From Balanoglossus misakiensis (taxonomy: Eukaryota; Animalia; Hemichordata), in assembly GCA_040954595.2 (NCBI GenBank), contig CM082588.2, forward strand, positions 5,280,102-5,344,101: a stretch of DNA of 64,000 nucleotides, given 5' to 3'. Under the pieces are notes generated by a model. That model did not search any database, was not told the DNA's origin, and was given only the letters and a program-made list of their open reading frames with translations. Position numbers and translations under genes: made by a program. This document shows positions 1 to 12,720 of this stretch, piece after piece; the first letter of the stretch is position 1, and each line of letters starts with the position of its first letter.

Positions 1-1493
1 ATGTTAATGGCATGTTGTGGGCACATTGATTATCCTGATGACAACCTGTGTAATTATATGATCATGCATCTGGCATTATTAAGCTATAGTGTTCCATCAT
101 GAAGTGTCTACACCGGTAGAGGACGTTATCGCTGTAAACACTTGGTGGCGCTATTGGGTTTTCTCTGAATGTGACTATGGAAGGGGTCAGGAACTCTTGA
201 TCCAAACACAACATTATTGGATATCTCGATTGCTGTATTCCAACCGCATCAATTGTGTAATGTGTGATGAAAAGACAGTCTCAAGCCGTATAGGGAAGAA
301 CCATGCTCTGACTCTCAATTTCGTATTCAAATCAGAAAAAGTAACACAGTTCGTGGTCGTTTTTTCCTTTGGGTGTCTTTGGTAGAACTCTGGTATATGT
401 TCAGCCGTTTTTTAGACACATACAAGACAATGTTCCTTCCCCCAGAGGGCGCTCTATTTTCTCCAGTAATACATCGTGGAATCATTCAAGTAGTTTACAT
501 TTGCATGTTCATTGAATGAAAATGTCTGGTTCCAATCGTAAACTTACAAACGTCAAACAATGTTTTAAAGTGTGTGGGACGCCCCCCCCCCCCCCTCGTC
601 ATTAATATTTTGGCGCTATCCGACTTGAGACTCCATCAACTAATATCAGCTACCCAGATTATTCAATTCACCGCAGGAATTTATGACGTCACAGAATTGG
701 ATCCCAAGTTAAGATTGATTCAGTTCCGATGCTGTGATTACGTACCTACCTTAATCTCCTCGGCTTATCCTTTCTCAATCTAGGAGATTAAGGCGCGGTG
801 CGTTGAACGGCAAGCGGGGGTCAGTGCACCTGTGGGACGACTATGGAATACATTTGTGGAATACAGTCGCGGCATGCATGCAAAGCCTACAAGTGGAATA
901 TGGTATTCATTGAAAATGTAGCGACACTTTTCCAAATCGGTCGTTAACCTGTTAACGAGAAAATTAACGGATTAGATTAAAAGTTTCACCGTGTGGTTTT
1001 AGACAGTTCATTTTTTATTAAATAATAACTATATTTCTATATGCGAAATTTAAGTCAGGCGCTCGTATAACCAAGATCTCCATTTCTCTTACGGTTACAC
1101 GCGGTTTGGAAAACTGCACACGTATCGGTTCCGTGGAAGTAGATCAGTTTAATACACTACAGCCACTAACTACAAAAAAACTGTGCAAATATATGCCAGG
1201 TTTGTCCAACATAGCAGCCTGCGCAAGTGTTTTGGATAAAATCTCTCATTTTTTTTCAATCACCCGCAGCGCTGTCACCAGGGCAAACGAATGCCACATG
1301 TAACCAGGATGATATGATATGGAAATAGAACTTGATCCTAACCCTGATCCTGATCGTGTTTCAAAGTTGCATTCTCGAGATGTAGATTAACAAACCATCA
1401 CAGAGAGGTATGGCGCATTGGTAATTTTTTAGAATAACAAACTAAATTCCTGAGGGACGTATATGTGACAGACCCATCTCGAAACGGTATTAA

Positions 1494-1667
1494 AGCTCCA
1501 ATATCTACCATTTTTGCATTATTTTCATGATTTTACTTTCACGCTTAGAATGGTCCATTTAATTGAGCTAACTGATGGGTATACACAAACATATTGTCAA
1601 CCTCCAATTGAAGATTGAAGTATTTCATAAGATAAAAAATATGCTAAAAGAGGCAGATATTGGGGCT
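1494..1667. mobile_element. Non-autonomous DNA transposon (MITE) with TTAA target-site duplication, Kolobok-like AG...CT termini
   Basis: TTAA(1490-1493)|AGCTCCAATATCTACC...GGCAGATATTGGGGCT|TTAA(1668-1671). The ends are imperfect inverted repeats of about 30 bp and there is no ORF. TTAA duplication with purine-purine/pyrimidine-pyrimidine ends fits Kolobok rather than piggyBac (CCY...RGG). Confidence 0.7.
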
Positions 1668-3288
1668 TTAATCCGCCCCTGTCATGCCAGCGTCTGATGT
1701 TGTCCTTCATCGGACAACCTCAACGTAATGATCGATGGCAGCGAGGGCGTCTTTCCATCCAATATAGTAATCGAGTTTCATCTTCGGATACATGTAGTGG
1801 ATCATCTCTGATGTTATCTCTCAAGACAAAGATAGCAGAGACAGAGTAGAGTGCGGAGATTGACCTTTTTCTCTGAAAGCCCAGAACGAAAGAGGTCTTT
1901 TTTATCGCCTGATCTTATTTCGTACCCTGGTGTACAATTTGTTATGACTATCTCGATAACAAAACCAACAATCGTAAGTCAGTGCCTCTCCTAAGGCGGA
2001 ACGTTAGACATCGCGACAGCTGAAGTAGTATTCCTGGAGATTTGAAGTCTATGATCACATTGCGCGTTGAACTGCGCAATGTAGTCATATCCCCTGGCAG
2101 ATATGTATGTTTGTGATTGTCTTGCGAGTAAAACTCAGTCAATATGTTCAACACTTGCGAAAATATGATACGAACCTGGCCGCCGAGGGGTGGTTTATGT
2201 AATCACACGTCTGCGGATTGATTTCAAAGACCACGCGGTGTCTTGCGATGACAGAGTTGTGAGCTGTTCCTTCGGTTGACATGCGTGCACCTATGACCTT
2301 GGGTTAGGGTGAACTCGGGTCGTGTATTGAGGGTTTGATATAAACAGACATGCTTTCCTATTGTGAAAATAACCTTATAAAGTCGTGGTATGAGAGAAAA
2401 TATATTTGTCAGGGAGAGATGCAGTTATCCTCTATATATTTTTAGGAGCACATCCCGTAAAAGAGGAAAGTACACGCGTTGTCTCAGTTGGAGAGAATTT
2501 ACTTTCATGTTGACAGTGACTAATGTTAGTTTTTGAGCGAAATAAGTGCCCCCCCCCCAACATGGTCATTCGAAAGTGTAGTCAAAAACACTTTTGACCA
2601 TATATAGGCATATGTAAATTGGGGTGACCATATAACTTAAATACTTCACACTCCCAGGATCAGCATCACATCATGAACACAGACTGACTGTCATCCCTGT
2701 AATCCAATCAGAAACGTAGACCTGTCCTTTTTTCAGGAACTATACTTATCTCCGTATCCATCGCAGTCTCACAGATTGATTAAACGCACGGAAACCCCTA
2801 GAACGGGAAACCCTCTTTGCTGATGTGCGCGATGCTTAGAGATTCCAATCTGAGGAGAAAGAATCTCCATTCATCAGCGATGACAGATCCGTGTTTGCGG
2901 CACACACGTTTTGCCTTCACGCCGACAAAATCACTCACTCAGACACACTACCCACAAAAGACGACGAAATTGCTGCATAAGATTAATGTCCACTTCTAAG
3001 GTTTATCATCAGACATTACATGGTCGATGAGGCGAGTTTCCGCCGTGCATTATCTCTGTGGAGATGATGATTGATTTGAGGCAATGGCAATTAAATGGGC
3101 TATCTGAGAAATCTGGAAATTGCATTCGCCAAAAAAACATCACATCAAGTAGAGTGAGATATTTTTCAATTAAACCGCGGCTGTAAATTCTCATTTATGT
3201 GGTGTGTATGTTTTTCTGATAGTGTGCGAATTTACGCATATTTTATATTTTGTGTCGCCATCATTGATGGCAGAAATATCGATGTTGG

Positions 3289-3407
<119 letters not shown>

Positions 3408-4224
3408 CATGGTGATATAGTATACGACATTGATAAAAGCCACTAGGGATTTCGAAAACAAACCGCACTTCCGTCCACGTGTTTCTCGAAGGCACCTTCC
3501 AAGTCTATAACGAGATGCACGTGTATTTGTGTTGCACGAGCCGGTTATTTTCTCAAGATGCCAAAGTTTTTTTAATAAACCTTGCCAACTTTGTCGGCGG
3601 CAACGCCGGGTATACCTATTCGTTTAACAAGCTTCATGTGCCGGGTTACGTTATACATATACATATGGAAAAACAGTATAATAGAATCCAGGTGGTCTTT
3701 CAGATGACACTCGCTGTGACCAGACCAATCTGAATAGTTAGACTTGCCAAATCTTTGCTGTTTCTATTTTGACTGAAAACAGCACACTACAGGTAGTGTG
3801 TCCTGTGCAGACGGTACAGGTCAAAGTGTGAACACCAGTGTTTGTTTCTCTCTCTAAGTGACACTATCAAAATGTGAGTTTACATGTTGGCGAATTAGTG
3901 ACTTCATCCAACTTTCAAATCATGCCTGTAGAAGTTTCAACAGCACGATTGAAAAGCGGAACGGCGAATGGCGATTATATCAACTCGCCGCGAAATGAAG
4001 CGGGCGAATTAGCAAACGACTGCATTAAATTGGCCTAATTTGTCGCTAATCGTGGATTATTACCCCATCGAACCTGTGATTACATCAACGACTCGATTTC
4101 CAAATTGTCGAATACATTGATCTAAATTCAGCCTGGGTAGACGACGTGACGCTGTCTAGACGCTGTTTGTTTTCTCCACCGAAGAATAAGTGTTCATGGT
4201 TGTTGTCATGTCATGTTGTCATAC

Positions 4225-4284
4225 CAACCAACCAACCAACAGACAGGCAGGCAGGCAGACAGACAGACAGACAGACAGACAGAC
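4225..4284. repeat. Compound (CCAA)n/(CAGG)n/(CAGA)n microsatellite
   Basis: Read directly from the sequence. Confidence 0.9.
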
Positions 4285-7200
4285 GTCGAAAGTACTGTAG
4301 GGATGCTTTATACGCTGTTTCCTTATTCATTGGGTATTCAAAGCCAAATTCAATAAATCCTACCGCCCCATAAAACATATTGCAAATGGATTTGAATAGA
4401 AAAACACGAATACATGCGGCTGTAAAATGTTCTCGTTTGGTTATTCATTCAATTGTCAAAGGAGGTATTATCCCAGGAGTTCCATCTTGGAAATTATGGA
4501 ATGAGTAATGCGATTAGTTGCAAAATAATCTCATAAAAGCGTACTTATGTATCATTTTAGGTATAGATTTTCTCTGTTGAGCTGTAAATTGCATATCTGG
4601 GTCAGTTTGTAACGTGTACATGTTATTTCCATCACTTTTCTTCTGATAACAGCGTTTTGTACAATGGAGGATGATTGATTAAAGTGGGTGCGTTTAAATG
4701 AAACACCGTGTAATTGCAACCCTGAATGAACGCCAGGCTTTCGATCACGCCGCCTCAACATGTACATGTACATCTAGCACGGCTTTATAGAATATTGACG
4801 AGAAAGCGTTGTCTGTATGCGTTGTCTGTATGCCTTATGTATACCGTCAGCAAAACCATTTCTGATTCTTAAGACACGGTTCCATGATTGGCGATCAAAC
4901 CATTAAAGATCATTTTTGTCATTAGATTGTTTAAATTGCGCTGCTTCCATTTCTAAGGCATTTAATGGTATATCTGCATGTTTTCCATTATTGCAATTGC
5001 AACATCAAAGCTTTTATATATCCCAGGCAAATTTAATCCTATAAGTCGCATATGGAAAACTAATGTTCGGTTTTAAGACAAAATGATTAGTTTCCCTTGA
5101 AAAAACATTACCTTATTTTATTTTAGAGCACGTATGTATTTTTTTTCCTCTCCTTATTTTAACAGATCCTAACATTAACACGTGGTTCCCTGATTTGCAT
5201 CAAAAGTGAACTTTCACTGCTGTGGTGTCAGGCATAATTCTGTTATGAATATATAAACGCTTGACAATAAAATCTTATATCCTGACTATGAAAATCATAA
5301 AACCGTGGTTTTTGACACGCAGAGTCATATTGGAGACTCGGTGACCTAATTTTATCAACTTTAAACGCACCACGATTAATTAAACGTTCAATTTTACAGT
5401 AATGACGTAACAGTTGAAACTGCCAGTCTGGTAAATCTACTTTGTATGTTTCACGGTATTTTCGAACACTAACAAACCGAGTCCAATTTACTTAGAAGAG
5501 CAGCAGAACTAAGTGGCATCTATGGGCAATGAGTCCGCATGGGGATTAAAAATCCAAACGTTACTGCCATGTCGAATTTCAAATCGCCAGTCTTTTTTCA
5601 GGGGGAATTTACACAGCCAAGAAGTAAAGTCAAATATTGATCGATGGATTTGTAGCAAGGTACACGCACGATGGAAAGAAATGTACATACCGGTAGCTCT
5701 GCCGGTAATCTTGCTAATGATCGGGGCATGATTTACCGCGTCCAATCGATTTTCATCGTCCATTTTCTCCCACAATGACATGCCATACATATCCAGAAAC
5801 TCCGATGACAGTAAAGTCATTCTTAACAAGGTAGTCTTTTTAATTATAAAGAGCGAATCTATATTCATGTTTTTGCTGTCGTTCTTGTGAAATTGACGGA
5901 TGCCGGTCGAAATGTAATTTTCTAAGAATCGACTTTAACGTCAGAGTCAGTTTAGGTCTGATGTGAAATCAATCTTCGGTAAAACACGATGCAACCACTC
6001 GATGTTGCCTTATCATCTCTGTAAGACGTCGTTCATTTGTTGCAAATGAAATATCCGAATCTCGCTGTGAGAGTGTAGTTCCGCGCATAGATGACGATTT
6101 ACGAGGAACGATTTCAGTGTGAAACCTGCGAACTTAGCGAGTAAAATATCATTTAGGTTAAAGTACTGGAGACATTACAAGCCACAAACACTGATTTACA
6201 ATATGGAATCAAATCACGATGCTTTAGAATGCTCCGCGACATCCCAAAGGACGTGAAGTACTACATCACGCAGGATGCACGCAACACAATGTCGGACTAT
6301 TAATCTTTCTCACATCTCATGAAAACGTATATCATAACGTTTAACCGCAAAAGTCGCCATGTTATAAAATTCCCCTATACATTATAAAAACACACTACAT
6401 GTAAGTTAACACCAAACTGAACCACAACACACATTCCGAGTCGCACTTCACCCCATAACATTACCCCTCCAGACGTGCCAGCAATCAAGCAATACCCTTT
6501 TTATAGTGCGGTATATCTTTGCAAGTAATTTCTCTATTAGCTCTCCGATGCAAGGTCATTTCAATCACAGACGTATGCATTATATAGCGCCAGTAAAATT
6601 AACCGAATGTCATTTGTCCTCGTAGTAATTCATTCCATGCGTGCGCCTTTATCCTTTCCTGTCGATGTTAACAATTTGACACTTGATTTCTATTTCAAAA
6701 ATATAACTACCACAGATGATTCAAACTTCTAAGGCGACATTTCGCCCTTTGCTTGTTTTACGACGTTGCTTATGTTATTTACGACAGCTCTTGGTTTGAC
6801 CATAAACTCAACATAACCCATCTTTCAGAACTCACAGTGCCTGTATATGATTCAGTGTGAGTCGTTAAGAGAATACGGGGAGTAGTTATCTGTGATGATG
6901 AACGTGAAATGTGAAGACAAAACGTTTACTTAATAGCGTACGTAAAAGATCCGAACATAACGTCTACGAATATATTCTGAAATCAGCAGCCATTATACGC
7001 AATGCTGTAAAATGATATAAGGCTTAGTTACATACTGATCAGATATATGCCGCGTGTGTGGCATGGGGTTTAAGCGTCTCGCGTCAACGTTTATTATGCT
7101 TCGTATCAGCAGAAAGGCAATGGCCTTTAATTTAAAATCGTGGATTTGAAATGCAATGGCTCTTTAATTTATGTGAACGAGACAACACTTGGATACGGAT

Positions 7201-7354
7201 CCGTGGATTCAGAACGTGTGTGTAGTTCACTGTCGGATTGTTTCGTGACGATTGGTGACGACGCACGCTGAGCTGACGGCCGGCCGGCCGACCCAGCAGT
7301 GCATCGTATGGCAGCAGAGAGACAGGGGAAGAAACCGAGGGAAAGTCGACTTAC

Positions 7355-7553
7355 CTCTACGAGGCGTTCCGGTGCAGTTCTGACAAATACCCGTCTTGGG
7401 AAACTCGACGCAGATATCGCAGCTGAGGCATCTGCGCCAGACGGGGTCGTACATCTCATTCTCGGGACACACGGGCTCGGCCAGGCACAGTCTGTAGATC
7501 GTCAGAGTCAGGAAGATGCCGCAGAGAACGTGCTCGGCGTCGCCCATTACCAT
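7355..7553 (-). CDS. First coding exon of a TNF-receptor-superfamily-like protein (signal peptide plus single TACI/BCMA-type cysteine-rich domain); downstream exons not located
   Basis: ATG at 7553. A hydrophobic leader (VLCGIFLTLTIYRLCLA) is followed by CPENEMYDPVWRRCLSCDICVEFPKTGICQNC with 6 Cys, resembling TACI [21 protein letters not shown] and BCMA CSQNEYFDSLLHACIPC (from memory). The 199-bp exon ends at a strong phase-1 donor G|GTAAGT (intron begins at 7354). Confidence 0.65.
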
Positions 7554-10500
7554 GGTGAGATGGTGCGCGGACGCTGTGTAGTGATGGCGTTTAAATCCCT
7601 TCTTGTTAACTGCGCCGCGGTATCAGCGAGTCCTAGTACAGCTCACCAGATAACACAGCCGACTGAGGCGTTTGTTATCCCCGGTTTGTGTCCGATGAGT
7701 GCGTCCAGCGGTCGCTCACACGAATAGAAATCACAAAACTCTGCGAGACACGCATCATAAACCGGGAGTGTCGCCAAGGGGGAACGCCCGTCAGCGTCAG
7801 GTCAGGCGAAACCGTGAGTTTACTGCCAAAGACAAGTTATAGGCACATCGAGTCAATTAAACAGAACCGTTTCAGATATATTGCGGGCAGTTTTAACTGG
7901 CGCGATCCCGGCTGGCATCGCCCAACTTATTCAACTTAAAGAGTTGATGCCTTCGCAGCAAGCTGCAGAGTCATTCGGCGTGATTTAGTGAAGATGTTTA
8001 TGTGTGACCGAAATGGACCCTTAATCTCGGGTTGGTGCGGCGTCTTTTGGACTTCAATCACTCATACGTGCCTGAACTGCGCAAAGAGGGGATATGTTCC
8101 GCACTGCACATAATCACTGCACGGAAGCGACGTAGTCTATTTGCAGAGCTACAGCGAATCGCAGACCAGCTTTTAAAACCTGTCCCTGATTTGCATACTG
8201 CGTCGCCCAATCACGTCACATTATTATTAGCACCGGTAACAGAAGTGATGACATTTGTCGATTCATCTGCGGCGTACTCTGCAAAATAATGATGATATAA
8301 AAACTTATCTATATGTCTATGGCAGCAAATATGATAGACAGGAAGGTTGAAGTCAGGGTGAACTTTCCCACGCCCCTAGGTGGTCTAGTCAAGCAAACAC
8401 CACGTTATAGGGCCCTGACCTCACCGCTGCGAAAATGCCTGCGTACATACATTCTATTGCCAAAGGATATCAACAGCTTCAAAATGCAATCTAAATTACA
8501 TTACCATACCCAGCTTTCTTGGAATCGGTTTATCTCGAAGATGATGGCATTCTTGATGGTAAATTTATCAGGAGATATCCATCGTTGTTACAGTTGTCTT
8601 TCTGTTATCGAAAATGTCGAGCTGGCGGAAAATTACGACGTTTTTCTGATAGTCTTAACACTTTGCTATAAAATATGTATTAAGTTTATGACACGGCAAA
8701 TAAAGCCGCGATGGTTTGAGAAGGATCATTTAGTTTATTACCACCAGGGCCGACAAGTTTTAGGTATTTAGGTATTCTTTGCAGACTTTATGCATGTAGT
8801 ATTTGTTATGTGTTTGAAAAGTACTTGTTTCAAACCATTGGAACTTAGTCCATTAAACAGTTTTCTCTGGGTGCGCGTTAGCAGGATGCATGCTTTGAAG
8901 ATTATTGCGTAAAGTCCTACTGAACTTTAGCAAAACAAAAATAACCTCGTGGACAACGATTCTGCACTCTCAATCGATACTCTCATTATTCCCGATGACT
9001 CAAGGAACGATCGTTCAGCAATCCTGTTATCCAACGACGGCATTCGGTATCGACGTTCTTAATGCATCCCTATATGACTGGTGTATCCCGATTACAACAA
9101 TCACCACAAATGTTATCGCTTTCTTAACAGGGAAAGGAATTCTCAAAAAGGGAATTCATCAGAGTATCGAAAAAGATTCCGCCAATTCAAAAACAAGTCT
9201 ACATGTACATGTACTTCAAATATAACAAAGCCCGCAAGCTGAAGAGATATCAATGTGCAACGCGTCAGAAAACTCACATGGCGAATTCTGGAATAAAAAA
9301 AACCTTTCGGATATCAGGATTTCATTGCAAAAATAAAATTCACTGTTTTGTCATTGGTTTCACAGCCAGACATTGAGATGACAGAAAATTATCATGTAAA
9401 ATTGCGCTTCGACTATCAAACGTTTAAAATCCCCACACGTCTAATTATTGTAGTCGGAGAGAGAAACACGTGATATCAATACAAAATTGGTGTACCTCCG
9501 GGACATGTTTAAAACTTATTAAACGTAGCTTAAATCCTGTACACATAAAAATTGTCCCAGCGTGTGAGTTGTGATGAAACTATTTGATATTTTCATTCTC
9601 TAGCGGATAACGTCTAAGACGACCATTGATTTTTAAACTGGTAAATTATTATTAGTTTTTTAATGACGAATGTAGAATTCTTAATTTCAAATTCTGTGTA
9701 TTCTTTTCTCAGTATATGCCTGGTTCTTTAGAATTGTATGGAGATGTAATACAGGAATAAGGATGCTCGCGTCACCTTGAACGTAAAATTAATATTATCA
9801 CTGCCGAGTAAACACGAAGTCTCGGCAGACTCTTAAATTGTCCTATCCATGAATATGAGACACTTGGTTTCCCTGTCCACAATTGTTCACGATGATTGAT
9901 AACTTTATTCATTTAGAACGGCAGTAAATTGAATAAATTGCGTGTATAAAGAGTTTTAAGCCACGTTCCTTGTGAAAAATTGTTTATTTTGTCCTGCTAT
10001 CCTTGAGCTGTTCTGGGTCCATATAGATTCCCTCGCGCCATAAATATTGCTACGCATGACGGGTGACGCAAACAAGGGCGCAAATTCCCATAAGCTTACT
10101 AGTATAAACCAAAGATTACGACATCGAAGTTTTATGGGGTATATCTTGAAACCTTGTATAGCACTAATGATTCTGTATATTTCTGTTGGAACAAGCCAGA
10201 TTCGTTCTATTTTTACCCTCGCCCACTTTTCACTTCTTAATGCAAAGTGATATACGTTTGTGCTTTTCCAAGCCATTAGCCTGGAGGACTTTTAAGCGCG
10301 TCGTATCAAGGTGCCCCCATCGATCCAAGGTTCTGTCACACAATCGACTTCACAGGCCGTGTCGACGTCATGCACGTCTGTCTGTTTGTTTTCTCGCATG
10401 CCCGCGGTACAAACCATGTATAACGTCGTCACCATCGTATCAACCATCTCCGTCCGCGACGTGCATATATATCGTTCATTGCAGTTTTCCAATTCGCCCT

Positions 10501-11403
10501 CTTGATCAAATTGTAATTGCGTCGCGGAAGCAGCCTTGTGAATGAGACAAACTATACGCGATGAGATTCGGTGAAAATTAGGAGAAGATGAGCAAACTAT
10601 CAAGCCAGGAAATTTACACAATGCAATCAAATTGTCTGGTGTGATGGTGATGATAGATTGCGGGCATACAAATTGGATTAACATTCGATTCGCCGTGCCC
10701 TCTCTGACCTCAGTTGTTTATTTTATATGCATTGAAATGAATTTGATAGTCCGACAAAAAAGAACGCATTATAGACAGACAGCGTTGTTTTTTGTTTTGG
10801 TCACCGGGGACAGGCCCAAAGGTCACGTCATCTTTAAATTCCGTTAACAGAATTTCGCTGTAATCGGAATTTTGACTCTTCTAAAGTCGGAGCCACGACA
10901 ACGCTATTGACATGGTTGACTTAAATACAGATGTTTTCCTGTGGGAACGCGTTCAGATTTACTATACACGCCAGAAAATTGCACTCAGATTCAAATAATT
11001 ATTTTTTATGTCAGTCAAAACATCTTCAATCAATATTGTTTTAGTGGCAATATGAGCATGAAGTCGTCGATAATTGATCCTAATTTGAAAACATTGTGCG
11101 GGAAATTTTCCTTTCATAGTTGAAGTAAATTTCCTTGAATATGGTTGTGTTCGTGATGAAAAAAGTCTGATGGGTTCGTCAGCCTGGGGGAATTAAGTTG
11201 GTGATGTTACATGTCGCCGTCGCATGTTAGCTAGACAGGGAGATAAGTCAGGGTGAAGCAGGCCAGATCGATGGATGGATGGATGGGTGGTTGGATGTTG
11301 TGGGGTGGGTTTTCTACTGGCTATGGTTAAGGTTAGGAGTGTGTGTATGTATGTGTGGCAATCTGTCCATCCAACAACCCGCCCGCACATCACCTCTCAC
11401 CCA

Positions 11404-11512
11404 GCATCCATCCATCCATCCATCCATCCATCCATCCATCCATCCATCCATCCATCCATCCGTCCGTCCATCTATCCGTCCGTCCATCTATCCGTACACC
11501 CATCCACCCACC
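11404..11512. repeat. (CCAT)n microsatellite with degenerate tail
   Basis: Read directly. It explains the HPSI-repeat ORFs. Confidence 0.95.
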
Positions 11513-12720
11513 CAGCTGAAGCACACAACCATCTACCCATTCACCATCTATCCATCAACTCCCATCTCTCTGTCATCACCAATTACAGGGATCGCTCCTT
11601 TACTTAGTTCTTTCCAAGGTGCGCAGTTGCCTCGTCTTAATTTCACCCTGAGATAATGCAACCCTTAGCGAAAAAGATGAGGAAATTGCCAATAACCATA
11701 AAATCTGCGAAATTTATCGACGGAGAAAATGTCGCGCCTTTAAAACGAGTAATCGTCGCAAATCTACGTCGGTAAAGTAACCGTTAATGTTATTAAAGTC
11801 GTTCAATTAATGGTGCTGTGATGAAACTGAGAGACGCAATTTAGATTAGATCGCGCGAGATGTCAAGGGTCACGTGAGAATACAACGCCAGTCTGATCGA
11901 CACGAGATGTTTGTCCACGCTACGCTGCTTTCATGGTCTTTGGCAATGAATATTTCGATAACATCTTACTGGAAAGATTCTTATATTTTTGTTAACATAT
12001 GAGCTTAAATGTCATTGGCCAATACTACGCACAGGCAGTTACTCAACATCCCTCGATCAGACAGTAAACGTGAATTCGCGTAACTTTTTGTCTCCTTTGA
12101 ACGTACTTTACAGTTCAGCAAGATACGGGAGAACTTTTTATAGCGGTTGCGGTGGTTTTTATCATTCAATGCCCGTCATTAACATCTGTCTGCGCGTCAA
12201 CAGCTCATCAACTACTCTGTTTGTCAACCTGACGACGTTTCAGCATGGCCAATCTGCCGTGGATTTGTTCTCGTGGGGGAGTGCTTTAGTGTATTTCTGT
12301 CCATCACTGGGACCTTTGGGGCATCGTAAACAAGTAGGTCGTAACAGGACTGATTAATAATGTATATACATAGCGTAGTGACTCTAGAGTGCCCTCAAAA
12401 GGACGATGGGGTGAATCCCTCGTCTACATGCATTTCCTTTATCGACGACAGCAGGTCTTGCCAAATGAAGAGAAGCGACGTGTTACGAATTGCTGACGAA
12501 GTTGGCTGGTAACTGACTCATATTTCTGATAGTCTGTCGAATGAATTGTTTTTGCTTTGTGTGCACTCCTCATGTACAAAGTGATTAGTGTTGTGTTTTG
12601 AGGGTATAGGTGACGTAAACTAAACAATTTCATTTTGTTTCCAAAAAGTAAAACTTAAAGGAAAACGAACGAAATACTTATTACTTAACGACAAATGGTG
12701 GCGGTATATTACCGTCCAAA

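Noticed and set aside
5509-5868. 119-aa minus-strand ORF, candidate downstream exon of the TNFR-like gene or a TE fragment
   Set aside because: No recognisable domain, no TM segment and no convincing phase-compatible splice sites.
8313-8771. 152-aa ORF
   Set aside because: No recognisable motif, and the composition is AT-rich and non-coding-like.
11275-11656. HPSI-repeat ORFs
   Set aside because: They are translations of a (CCAT)n microsatellite.
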